Below are positions 10,000-18,733 of a stretch of DNA of 64,000 nt, one piece after another. The notes under the pieces are model-generated. The model was given only the letters and a program-made list of their open reading frames with translations. It searched no databases and was not told the DNA's origin. Numbering within the stretch: position 1 is the stretch's first letter; each line of letters opens with the position of its first letter. A program made the position numbers and the translations under genes. The stretch comes from Candidatus Iainarchaeum sp. (GTDB lineage: Archaea; Iainarchaeota; Iainarchaeia; Iainarchaeales; JAXPJC01), in the NCBI GenBank assembly GCA_016187745.1, contig JACPJC010000005.1, positions 118,659-182,658 of the forward strand, given 5' to 3'.

Positions 10000-10491
10000 A
10001 TGAAACACGTTAGCACAGTTGAATTGCTAGTAGCACCTTATTTTGAAAACGAAGTCCCTCCGCAGAATAAAATAAACAGCTGGATATACTCTGCAAAATC
10101 ACTTCCAAATGACGGGGTATTTGTTGTAGTTGCGCAAGCAAGAAACCTTAAGAAAACAAAAGAATTAGTTGATGCTTCTCTAAGACCGTCTTTGGGGGCT
10201 AGATGCATTCTAATAAGCCATTTAAGAATGCAAACACTTCCAAAGCTATTAGCAAAGTTGGATTTTAGCATTGATGAAAAAACCAAATGGTATGATTTTG
10301 GTATGCATAAAAAGGCTTGCCCGCCTTCTTTAGCAAAACACATAATAGAGAAAGTTTTTGGGCTTAATGTAAAATCCCAACATATCAAGAGCAAGTCAAC
10401 AGTGCCAGAACAATATATAACTGATTCACTTCCGGGGTTAAAGATGACTAGATATTTAAGAAAGGTCAACAGGCTGCGTAAGTTGCTCTAA
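10000..10491 (+). CDS. Basic orphan protein
   Basis: 163-aa ORF starting 3 nt after the pyrH stop and filling the gap to dph2; AT-rich, atypical codon usage. Confidence 0.6.
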   Translation: MKHVSTVELLVAPYFENEVPPQNKINSWIYSAKSLPNDGVFVVVAQARNLKKTKELVDASLRPSLGARCILISHLRMQTLPKLLAKLDFSIDEKTKWYDFGMHKKACPPSLAKHIIEKVFGLNVKSQHIKSKSTVPEQYITDSLPGLKMTRYLRKVNRLRKLL

Positions 10492-10506
10492 TTATGCCTT
10501 TACCAT

Positions 10507-11517
10507 TCATTGCAATTCCTCGAATTTGTAATTCTCCAGGCTTCTCTTCCCGAAGACTACTTCCAGCTCATTCGGGGTTATTATCGGGATTTTGAACAAT
10601 ATTGAATCATCAAGCGCAATTCTCGGGCATGCGGTGCAGACAAGCGCATCAAGCTGCATCCCGAGCAGATATTCCATCTTTACCAAATCTCCGGCAATTA
10701 AATACGCCTTTTTCCCTTCTTTTTCAATTTCCCCCTTAATTTCAAGCGCCCTGCGCATGTTCAGCTGCCCCCGCTTTGTGCTTGCAATAATCCCGAATAT
10801 TTTCGCGTCTTTTGCAAGCGCAACCGCGGCATATCTCTTTCTCAAAAACATACTGCGCTGCTGCCGGAGCTCCTCAACCCTTTCCGCAAGCGGATTTGCA
10901 ATAAGCACCGGCTTGCTGATGCTGAAGGAAATTCCGAGCGGATGGAAAAGCCCATCGCCGACAAATACAATCGCATCGGCATCTTTAATTGCAGAATTAA
11001 CGGCAGAGTAATTGCATCCCAGCACCTGCCCCGCAAGCGCAACCCTTTTTCCCCCAACTCCAATTTCAGCCCTTATCCCCTTCTTTCCCAGAATTTTTTT
11101 AATTCCATTTAATTTTTCCGCATACTGCGCAGTTGCGCACAATGCAATCTTTTTGTAGGAAAGCTCATTCAATTTTGCAATAATTTTATTTGCCAATTCA
11201 TTTTCATCAAACTCATAACTAAGCGGAGCATAAATTACTGGCAGTTCAGAAATTAGCATTTTAGTGTGCCCGAAATGCACAAGCAAATCAGCGCCCAGCT
11301 GCCTCGCGCGCGCATCAGCCAAATCGCAAGCGCCAAAACAAGGATCAGAAAAAATAACAGCCTCCGCTCCGCTTGCCTTCTCAATTTGCTCAGCAATCTC
11401 AAGCGCGCGGGTTTTCAATCCCTCAGGGACCTGAACCGCAATCAATTTGGGCTTCTGCTTGAGCGCCTTAATCTGCCTTATTGCGCTTTGCACGCCTTTC
11501 TCAATTTCAAGCCGCAT
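10507..11517 (-). CDS. dph2: Diphthamide biosynthesis enzyme Dph2
   Basis: QVPEGLK, PCFGACDL, HFGH, QVLGCN, TACPRIALDD (three Fe-S Cys); start moved to ATG 11517. Confidence 0.93.
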   Translation of the reverse strand: MRLEIEKGVQSAIRQIKALKQKPKLIAVQVPEGLKTRALEIAEQIEKASGAEAVIFSDPCFGACDLADARARQLGADLLVHFGHTKMLISELPVIYAPLSYEFDENELANKIIAKLNELSYKKIALCATAQYAEKLNGIKKILGKKGIRAEIGVGGKRVALAGQVLGCNYSAVNSAIKDADAIVFVGDGLFHPLGISFSISKPVLIANPLAERVEELRQQRSMFLRKRYAAVALAKDAKIFGIIASTKRGQLNMRRALEIKGEIEKEGKKAYLIAGDLVKMEYLLGMQLDALVCTACPRIALDDSILFKIPIITPNELEVVFGKRSLENYKFEELQ

Positions 11518-11551
11518 GAAATAATTGCGCAGACAAAGGAATAAAAAGGAA

Positions 11552-13927
11552 TTATCCCTGCTCCGCAAGCTGCCTGCGCTCTTCCGCTATGACCTTCCTT
11601 ATGGCTTCAACGGCATCAATGTTCGCGGAAACGGAATCAATTCCAAACACAACCAATCTTTTCACCATCTCGGGATTGCTTCCCGCCTGCCCGCAGATGC
11701 TTGTTTCAACCCCTGCCTTCCTGCAGCGCTCAATAACGTGCTTTGCCTCCATAAGGATTGCAGGGTGCAGCTCGCTGAACCATCTCTGTATGCGCTCGTT
11801 GTTCCTGTCAATTCCAAGTGTCAATTGGGTTAAATCGTTTGTGCCGAAGCTTATGAATTCCGCCCCCGCTTCAATCAATTCATCAATCACCCAAACGCTT
11901 GCAGGGGTTTCAATCATTACGCCAAATTGCAGTTCCTTTTCCCCGGGCTTCAGCCCAATCCCCTTTGCAATTTCCTTTGCGCGCCTGAATTCCTCTGCAC
12001 TCTGCACAAACGGCAGCATTATTCCAATGTTCCAGAAGCCCTCTTCGCGCAGCTCCTTAATTGCCCGGAATTGCGCCCTCAGCAGTTCAGGCTCGTCCAA
12101 ATCTCTGCGAATTCCATGCCATCCTAACATAGGATTGTCCTCATGCGGCTCGTTCTCCCCGCCCTTCAGATTCCTGAATTCATCAGTCCTCGCATCAAAT
12201 GTCCTGTACCACACAGGCTTGTTCTTGAAGTGAACTGCAACTCCGCGTATCCCGTTTTTCACAATGTCCTTGAGCTCCGCGCCCTTGCCATTGCGCAGGA
12301 ATTCCGCGGGATGGGTGCCTGATGCGGTTATCATGTGCTCCGCTCTCAATAATCCAACTCCATCGGCGCCTGTAGCAGAAGCGCGCTCCGCAGCTTCCGG
12401 AAGCGCAACATTCACTTTTACAAGTATCCTGTGCCCCGCAATTTCTTTCGGGGTCTTTTCAACGGCAACAATTTCGTGCATCTCTTCCTTTAATTCCTCA
12501 ACCTCTTCCTCAATTTCAGCAAGGCTTGTTTCTGCTTTTGCTTCCGCCCTTTTCACTTCCATTGAAACCTCAATTTTCCCCTCGTAAATTTTTCCCGAAT
12601 ATCCGTCAACAGTTGCAAGCATCCCGTCCTGCAGCTTTTCTGTTGCGTTTTCTGTTCCCACAATGCAGGGAATCCCCAATTCGCGTGAAACAATTGCTGC
12701 ATGGCACGTAAGGCCCCCCTCATCTGTAACTATTGCAGCCGCCTTTCTCATTGTAGGAACCCAATCCGGGGAGGTCATCCTTGTAACAAGTATTTCCCCC
12801 TTCTCCAGCTTTGCAACATCCGAAACGGAAGGAATTATTTTTATTCTTCCAATTGCAATTCCGGGAGATGCGCCAAGCCCTGAAGCGACCGCATTCCCCT
12901 GTGCAATCTCCTTTTCAATCCTCTCCTCCTCAGATTTTTCCTCTTTTGTTTCGGTTTTGAGCGTTGTGATTGCGCGGCTCTGAACAACATACAGGGCATT
13001 GTTCTCGATTGCAAATTCAATATCCTGCGGGAAGTTGTAATGGTTCTCAATCTGCTTGCCTATTTTTGCGATTTCAATAACCTGCTTGTCAGTTAATTTT
13101 TGTTTGCTTTGATTCTTTTTGGGAAGCTCTTCCTGTTTTGTGCCTCTGCTTGCCCTTGTAATCATCCAGGTCTGCTCATTTGCAATCCTTTCAATGATTT
13201 TCAGTTTCCCCTTGTCCACAACATAATGGTCCGGGGTAACCGCCCCTGAAACAATCGTTTCCCCCAGTCCAAAAACCGCCTCAATTATTATCTTGCTCCT
13301 GTCGCCCATGGGCTCGGCAGTGAACATTACCCCCGAAACATCGGAATTTACCATCTTCTGCACAACAACCGCAATTCCCACCTTCTCAATTGCAAAATTA
13401 TTTTTGCGCCTGTAATAAATCGCGCGCGCGGTAAATAGCGATGCCCAGCATCTTTTGACCGCATCAACAAGCGCCTCCCCGCCCCTGATATTCAAGTAGG
13501 TTTCCTGCTGGCCCGCAAATGAGGCAGTGGGAAGGTCCTCGGCAGTTGCGCTGCTCCTGACAGCAACGCACGCCTCCTCAGAGCTTGTAAGCCATGCAAC
13601 CTGCCTTTCCCCGAGGGCGCGGTATGCTTTTTTTATTTCAATCTCAAGTTCCCCGCTCATCCTCGCGCTTGCTATTAAATTCCTTAATTCCTCTGCGCTC
13701 TTTTGCAATTGCCCGATGTTTTCCACATCAATGGAATTCTCCTTTACGATAACATCATCCTCAATTTCGGTTTCCTTCAGAAAATTGAAATACGCCTGCG
13801 CAGTTATCACAAAACCCGGGGGAATCGGAAAATTGGCATTTGTCATTTCCCCGAGATTGGCGCCTTTTCCCCCGACAAGCGGAACATCGCCGGCATGGAT
13901 TTCCCTGAACCACAAAATATTTTTCAT
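11552..13927 (-). CDS. ppsA: Phosphoenolpyruvate synthase
   Basis: VGGKGANLGEM, VAVRSSATAEDLP.ASFAGQQETY, GGLTCHAAIVSRELG, SFGTNDLTQ, ICGQAGS. Confidence 0.96.
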   Translation of the reverse strand: MKNILWFREIHAGDVPLVGGKGANLGEMTNANFPIPPGFVITAQAYFNFLKETEIEDDVIVKENSIDVENIGQLQKSAEELRNLIASARMSGELEIEIKKAYRALGERQVAWLTSSEEACVAVRSSATAEDLPTASFAGQQETYLNIRGGEALVDAVKRCWASLFTARAIYYRRKNNFAIEKVGIAVVVQKMVNSDVSGVMFTAEPMGDRSKIIIEAVFGLGETIVSGAVTPDHYVVDKGKLKIIERIANEQTWMITRASRGTKQEELPKKNQSKQKLTDKQVIEIAKIGKQIENHYNFPQDIEFAIENNALYVVQSRAITTLKTETKEEKSEEERIEKEIAQGNAVASGLGASPGIAIGRIKIIPSVSDVAKLEKGEILVTRMTSPDWVPTMRKAAAIVTDEGGLTCHAAIVSRELGIPCIVGTENATEKLQDGMLATVDGYSGKIYEGKIEVSMEVKRAEAKAETSLAEIEEEVEELKEEMHEIVAVEKTPKEIAGHRILVKVNVALPEAAERASATGADGVGLLRAEHMITASGTHPAEFLRNGKGAELKDIVKNGIRGVAVHFKNKPVWYRTFDARTDEFRNLKGGENEPHEDNPMLGWHGIRRDLDEPELLRAQFRAIKELREEGFWNIGIMLPFVQSAEEFRRAKEIAKGIGLKPGEKELQFGVMIETPASVWVIDELIEAGAEFISFGTNDLTQLTLGIDRNNERIQRWFSELHPAILMEAKHVIERCRKAGVETSICGQAGSNPEMVKRLVVFGIDSVSANIDAVEAIRKVIAEERRQLAEQG

Positions 13928-13977
13928 ATAACCAGAAATAGAATGGGCGAGGTTATATAAATTACATTACGTTTATT

Positions 13978-14706
13978 TTATTTCTTCTCTTTCTTGCCCT
14001 TTTCGGCGCCCTTTCCCTTTCCTGCGCCCTCATCCTTTCCGCCCTTCGCGCCCTCAGCTTCCTTTCCCGCTTCAGCGCCCTTTTCTCCGGCCTTTCCTGT
14101 TTCCGCTGCAGCTTCCGCTGTTGGCGCAGCAACCTCAACAACTTCTTCCCTCACATGCTTGGGGAGAGTTCCAATGCTCTCAACATCCTCTCCAACCTCA
14201 ATATGCACATCGCACGGCAGCCTTGCCTTTGCCCTCGCAAGCCCTTTTTTCGCAAGCTCCACAAATTCCTTGTCGACAAGGACGCAGATTATTACCTGCC
14301 CGGGCCTTACCCTTGCGGCGCGGCCGATAACCCTTCCGAACGCATGGGACATTCCTTTTTGTATACGGTCCGCATGGGCGCCCTGCGCCTGCTTGTTCTC
14401 CCTCAATAAGTGGAATGGGAAGTTCATTATGCGCATGAAGTAAAGGTCCTTCCCAATTTTATTTATCAAATAGCGGTTAATTATCATGCGCACGCTTTCC
14501 AGCGCATTATCGCGGATTTGCGAATGGTTGCCGACAATAAGCTTCAGTATGCGGTTGTATTTCTTTAATGGATTGCCCATGTTGAACTGCCTTATCTTGG
14601 TGCCCGGGGAAGTGCTTATGTAATTTCTTTTCGGGACAGTTATGGCTATCCTTGTGTATGCCCTGTCGTTCTTTTCACGATAACAGTGTCCAGGTCTCAA
14701 TCCCAT
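13978..14706 (-). CDS. rpl10e: 50S ribosomal protein L10e (uL16) with low-complexity C-terminal extension
   Basis: MGLRPGHCYR, QIRDNALES.R, LRENKQ...ADRIQKGMSHAFG; about 60-aa A/E/G/K-rich tail. Confidence 0.95.
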   Translation of the reverse strand: MGLRPGHCYREKNDRAYTRIAITVPKRNYISTSPGTKIRQFNMGNPLKKYNRILKLIVGNHSQIRDNALESVRMIINRYLINKIGKDLYFMRIMNFPFHLLRENKQAQGAHADRIQKGMSHAFGRVIGRAARVRPGQVIICVLVDKEFVELAKKGLARAKARLPCDVHIEVGEDVESIGTLPKHVREEVVEVAAPTAEAAAETGKAGEKGAEAGKEAEGAKGGKDEGAGKGKGAEKGKKEKK

Positions 14707-14842
14707 TTTTATCAACTCAGAATTTACAGCGAATTAAAATAGGAAAAATAAGCGCATGAATGCCCTTATCAACCCCAGGTTATCCTAGTAGAATTTGTTA
14801 ATAAAAGCATTTAAATTCCTTTTCTTTTCTAATTCTTATGCC

Positions 14843-15079
14843 ATGGCGAAAGTGACTGTTTATTCCACCCCCACCTGCCCATACTGCCACATGGCAAAGG
14901 CCTTCCTGAAGGAGCAAAAGGTGCAGTTTGCGGATTATGATGTTTCAGAGGATGAGGGCAGGGCGCGCGAGATGATTGAAAAATCAGGCCAGCAGGGCGT
15001 TCCGGTAATTGACATTGACGGGGAAATTGTAGTGGGGTTTGACAAGCCAAGAATCAAGGAATTATTGGGGATAAAATAG
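14843..15079 (+). CDS. Glutaredoxin-like protein (NrdH/YruB type)
   Basis: VYSTPTCPYC, SGQQGVPVI, GFD; start ATG 14843. Confidence 0.92.
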   Translation: MAKVTVYSTPTCPYCHMAKAFLKEQKVQFADYDVSEDEGRAREMIEKSGQQGVPVIDIDGEIVVGFDKPRIKELLGIK

Positions 15080-15128
15080 GCGCTAAATTTATATACTTCC
15101 AAGGACTGATTCTATTAAGGTCTTATTT

Positions 15129-15530
15129 ATGGTGCACAGAAAACCAGAAGCGCGAAGACAATTCTTCAAGAGAAATCTTAATAAGAAAGGAGGAACAGAG
15201 CGGATTGCCGCCTCTATTGCAGACAGGCTTGAGGCTATGCATTACAAAAGAGGAATCGCCCTGAAATGGCTTCATTCACTTGGCCTTAAAAAATTAAACT
15301 GTGAAAAAATTCTTGATATGAGGCACCAGGCAGGGGTTGTTCTGCCCACCATAGAGAAGTTGATTGCCCTAGGAAATGTCCCAAAGCTCAGAGAGTCTCT
15401 GAGGGCGCGCATAGAAGAATGCAAGGATGAATTGAAATCAAGCCACAGCGAAAGAAGGAAAGACTTAACGGCCGAGATAGCAATCCTCAACAGGCTTCTC
15501 ACAATGCTCTCCACCGGGCGCGGAGGATAG
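15129..15530 (+). CDS. Basic orphan protein
   Basis: 133-aa ORF with its own TATA (TTTATATA 15088-15095); N-terminus MVHRKPEARRQFFKR. Confidence 0.7.
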   Translation: MVHRKPEARRQFFKRNLNKKGGTERIAASIADRLEAMHYKRGIALKWLHSLGLKKLNCEKILDMRHQAGVVLPTIEKLIALGNVPKLRESLRARIEECKDELKSSHSERRKDLTAEIAILNRLLTMLSTGRGG

Positions 15531-15552
15531 AGCACCAAAACAGCTGCCTGCT

Positions 15553-15574
15553 TGTTTTTGACTTTGCAAAAACA
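15553..15574. terminator. Hairpin between convergent genes
   Basis: TGTTTTTG-actttg-CAAAAACA, 8-bp stem. Confidence 0.4.
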
Positions 15575-15605
15575 GAATAAATGAACTGCTGAAACTGAAG
15601 TAATA

Positions 15606-17993
15606 CTATTTCAATTTCACTTCAATTTTATTCCCATAGCCTATTTTCTTCGCATTGTGCATTTCCTTCAGGTCCAGCTCCAGCGCCTTCAGGCCTTTCG
15701 GGATTGCAATTTCCGCAATCTCATCGCGCAGCCCCATTCCAGCATCCTTCTTCGCCTTCCACACACAGCCGTTCAGCTCAATCAGCTCATTTGAATTTAT
15801 TCCAGTTTTTCCCTTTTCCTTCTGCGCTTTTGGGAAGTCCATAAAATGCACATCCTTCCCATACAGGTCCATGTATAATTTATAGGTTATGAAGGGAATT
15901 ACCGGCGCCCAGAGGAGCAAAATTGTTTCAAGGCATTTGTAGAGGGTTTGTATTGCGCCATTCTGCTCGGAAGCGCCGAACTGCTTCCTGTCATTGTATG
16001 CGCGGTTCTTTGCAATTTCCAGATACTGCGAGGCGAATATTTCCCACAAAAAATTCTTTATGCGCGCGCTTGCGCTGTGGAAATCATAATTCTCATAGCG
16101 CTCCCTGCAGTAATCGCCCAATTCATTCAGCTCATTCAGAATCCACAAATCAACTTCCCTCAATTCGGCTTTTCCTCCCGGCTTGGGGAACTGCGAAATG
16201 AACTTCGCAATATTCCAGAGCTTTATAAGGGTCTTGTTCTCCCCCGCAATCCTCTCGGACGAGCATCTGAAATCCGTTTTTGTCAGATTTCCCTCAACGC
16301 TTGCCCAGAGCCTGAAGGGCTCAGCGCCGAACTTGTCAAGGACTTCCTTCGGATTTATCACATTTCCCTTTGATTTGCTCATTTTATGGCCTTTCTCATC
16401 CACAATATGGTAATTAATCCACGCGTCCCTGAAAATCCCCTTTCCGGTTAGCAAAAAGCATTTAAGGAGAGTATAGTAAAGCCATGTGCGTATTATTTCC
16501 TTCCCCTGCGGGCGCAAAGTGCAGGGAGCATTTTCCCTGAAAAAGTTTTCATCCCTCGCATATTTCAGAATATATAGCGGGCTGTTTGAGGAGTCAAACC
16601 ACGTGTCAAAGACCCTTTCCTCCCCTGCAAATTCAGCGTTTCCGCATTTCGGGCATTTTTTTATCGGCGCATTTTCCTTCCACGGCCTGTAATATTTCCC
16701 CTTCGGTGGCACAACGGTATAATTGCACTTTTTGCAATACCACAAAGGCACCTCAGTTGCGTAATAGCGCCTCCTGCTTATTGGCCAGTCAATTGCAAGC
16801 GAGTCGATCCAGTCGAGCAGTATCTGCCTTGAGCTCTCATCAAAAAATCTTGTGGAATCAGCAATTTTCTTCATGTCCTCCCTGAACTCAAGCTGCTTGA
16901 GGTAGTACTCTTCCATTGCAATGAATTCAATGTCGTGCTTGCTCCTTTCGCAAGTGGGGGTTCTGTGCGTTACCTGTTTCCTTGCAACAAGCAATCCGCG
17001 CTGCTCCAATTCCTCAACCATTTTCCCCCGCGCCTCCTTTACTTTAAGCCCCTTCAGGAAGCCCGCATTTTCATTCATTGTTCCATCTCTCTCAATTGCA
17101 ATTACCGGCTGCAGATTCATTTCCCTGAAAAACCTTATGTCCGATAAATCTCCCGCAGAGCACATCATTGCAAGGCCTGTTCCCTTTTCAATTTCCGCGA
17201 GCGGATGCGCCCTTATTGGAATTTCCTTCTCAAATATCGGGGAAATTGCGGTTTTCCCGTTCAGGTGCCTATACCTTTCATCCTTGGGATTGAATATTAC
17301 CATTCCGCACGTGCACACAAGCTCGGGGCGCGTTGTACCGATGATTATTTTTTCCCCTGTTTCCTTTACCCTGAATGCAAGGTCATTGAAGTTTGTGGGT
17401 TTCTCAACATACTCGATTTCAGCATCAGCAATTGTCGTCTGGCAGCCCGGGCAGAAGTTGTTTATGCGCGCATCCTTGTAAATCAACCCCTTGTTCCACA
17501 GGTCAATGAAGGTTTCCTGCGTAAGCTGCCTGTAGTCCGCGCTGTCAGTCAAATACATTCCCCCGATTTCCCTGCTCTCCTCCCAGGAGCTGAACCCAAT
17601 CCCGAGGCGCAGGAAGGAATCAATTGATTCGGCAGAGCTTTCCGCAAGCAGCTTTTCGCACAATTTCAAAAACTCCTCGCGCTTAACGTCATTCAGCCTC
17701 ACATTGAAGCGCTGCTCAACAGCCATTTCTATGGGCAATCCGTTCCTATCTAATCCCAAGGGAAAGAGCACTTTTTTCCCAATCATGCGGTTGAAACGCG
17801 CGAAAAAATCCATCAGCACATAAGTGGTTGCCTGCCCTATATGGACCGGCGTATTCACATAAGGAGGGGGCGTATCAATTGCGAAAATCCCCTTTTTTTT
17901 GTCGTCCTTGAATCTGTATGCCCCGCTTTTCTGCCATGCCTCATAAAGCGGCTTCTCAAGCGCCCTGTCCCAGCTTTTCTCAGTAATTGCCAT
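15606..17993 (-). CDS. valS: Valyl-tRNA synthetase
   Basis: IDTPPPY, HIGQ, GLPIE, TTRPEL, DWPISRRR, DTWFDSS, KMSKS; start ATG 17993. Confidence 0.95.
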   Translation of the reverse strand: MAITEKSWDRALEKPLYEAWQKSGAYRFKDDKKKGIFAIDTPPPYVNTPVHIGQATTYVLMDFFARFNRMIGKKVLFPLGLDRNGLPIEMAVEQRFNVRLNDVKREEFLKLCEKLLAESSAESIDSFLRLGIGFSSWEESREIGGMYLTDSADYRQLTQETFIDLWNKGLIYKDARINNFCPGCQTTIADAEIEYVEKPTNFNDLAFRVKETGEKIIIGTTRPELVCTCGMVIFNPKDERYRHLNGKTAISPIFEKEIPIRAHPLAEIEKGTGLAMMCSAGDLSDIRFFREMNLQPVIAIERDGTMNENAGFLKGLKVKEARGKMVEELEQRGLLVARKQVTHRTPTCERSKHDIEFIAMEEYYLKQLEFREDMKKIADSTRFFDESSRQILLDWIDSLAIDWPISRRRYYATEVPLWYCKKCNYTVVPPKGKYYRPWKENAPIKKCPKCGNAEFAGEERVFDTWFDSSNSPLYILKYARDENFFRENAPCTLRPQGKEIIRTWLYYTLLKCFLLTGKGIFRDAWINYHIVDEKGHKMSKSKGNVINPKEVLDKFGAEPFRLWASVEGNLTKTDFRCSSERIAGENKTLIKLWNIAKFISQFPKPGGKAELREVDLWILNELNELGDYCRERYENYDFHSASARIKNFLWEIFASQYLEIAKNRAYNDRKQFGASEQNGAIQTLYKCLETILLLWAPVIPFITYKLYMDLYGKDVHFMDFPKAQKEKGKTGINSNELIELNGCVWKAKKDAGMGLRDEIAEIAIPKGLKALELDLKEMHNAKKIGYGNKIEVKLK

Positions 17994-18049
17994 GCTCTCG
18001 ATAATAAATAAAAGAATCAGCATTTTTTAAATGTAATGAATTTGCATGG

Positions 18050-18250
18050 TCATTTTACTTTTTTCTCAAGCCCCTGGATGAGCTTTGAGAAGGTTGTTAT
18101 GTGCTTGTGCGTGTCAACAAGCACCTTTGCAAGCTTTTCCACGGCCTCCTTGTCCTTCAGTATGAAAACAAAATCCTCATAGTAAGCTTCCGCATTCACC
18201 TCTAAGTCAAGGTTGGATTTCAGCATTTTCAGCAGTTCTTCCTTGTCCAT
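18050..18250 (-). CDS. Small half-ferritin/rubrerythrin-like helical hairpin protein
   Basis: 66 aa: LE...AYY...KDKE...L..DTHKH pattern; SD-like GGGGTG upstream. Confidence 0.65.
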   Translation of the reverse strand: MDKEELLKMLKSNLDLEVNAEAYYEDFVFILKDKEAVEKLAKVLVDTHKHITTFSKLIQGLEKKVK

Positions 18251-18254
18251 GCAA

Positions 18255-18458
18255 TTACACCCCTTCAAACCCGCCGTATTTCTCCCAGAGCTTCTCGACT
18301 ATCTTCTCATGCTCCGCCTCGTCCTTTGCTATTGCAAGAAGCGCAGCCTTTATTTTCCTGTCCTTCACAAGCTTTGCCTGCTCAATGTATGTTTCCTTCA
18401 TTGTCTTTTCAATGCTTATTCCCGAAGCGAGCAGACTCACAACAGTCTTGTCAGCCAT
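18255..18458 (-). CDS. Small half-ferritin/rubrerythrin-like helical hairpin protein
   Basis: 67 aa from ATG 18458: ISIE...TY...KDRKIKAALLAIAKDEAEH (E...ExxH). Confidence 0.75.
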   Translation of the reverse strand: MADKTVVSLLASGISIEKTMKETYIEQAKLVKDRKIKAALLAIAKDEAEHEKIVEKLWEKYGGFEGV

Positions 18459-18512
18459 GTTTCCCAACAGCAAATAGCAAGCAACGAAGTGTTTAAAAAA
18501 GTGATTTAATAA

Positions 18513-18631
18513 AGCTGGGGGCGAGATTTGAACTCGCGATCTTCGGGTTTCAGTTTCTTTTCCCAAGGCTTTTCTTTTTTGAAGAAAAGGCTTGTCTGCA
18601 GCCCGATGCATAGCCGCTCTGCCACCCCAGC
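18513..18631 (-). tRNA. tRNA-Cys(GCA) with a 47-nt intron at 37/38 (18549-18595)
   Basis: Acceptor GCTGGGG/CCCCAGC, U73, anticodon stem TCGGG/CCCGA with CT-GCA-G, T arm GCGAG-TTCAAAT-CTCGC. Confidence 0.9.
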
Positions 18632-18733
18632 AATCAGAAACTACGTTTCCGATACCTTCCTCTGTTTGAGGCAGATGATATATAAAATTAGCCCTGCAAT
18701 CTATTTAAAATATTGTTTTGCCACAGTTGTGTT

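Noticed and set aside
11589-12233. 214-aa plus-strand ORF and similar antisense ORFs within ppsA, iorA, valS, mcm and cooS
   Set aside because: All lie opposite well-supported genes and lack motifs.
18459-18611. N-terminal extension of the 118-aa ORF 18255-18611
   Set aside because: It reads through the tRNA-Cys gene; the real start is more likely ATG 18458.
18633-18653. DGR target hairpin
   Set aside because: No reverse transcriptase, TR/VR pair or C-type lectin gene seen; hairpins are not at gene 3' ends.
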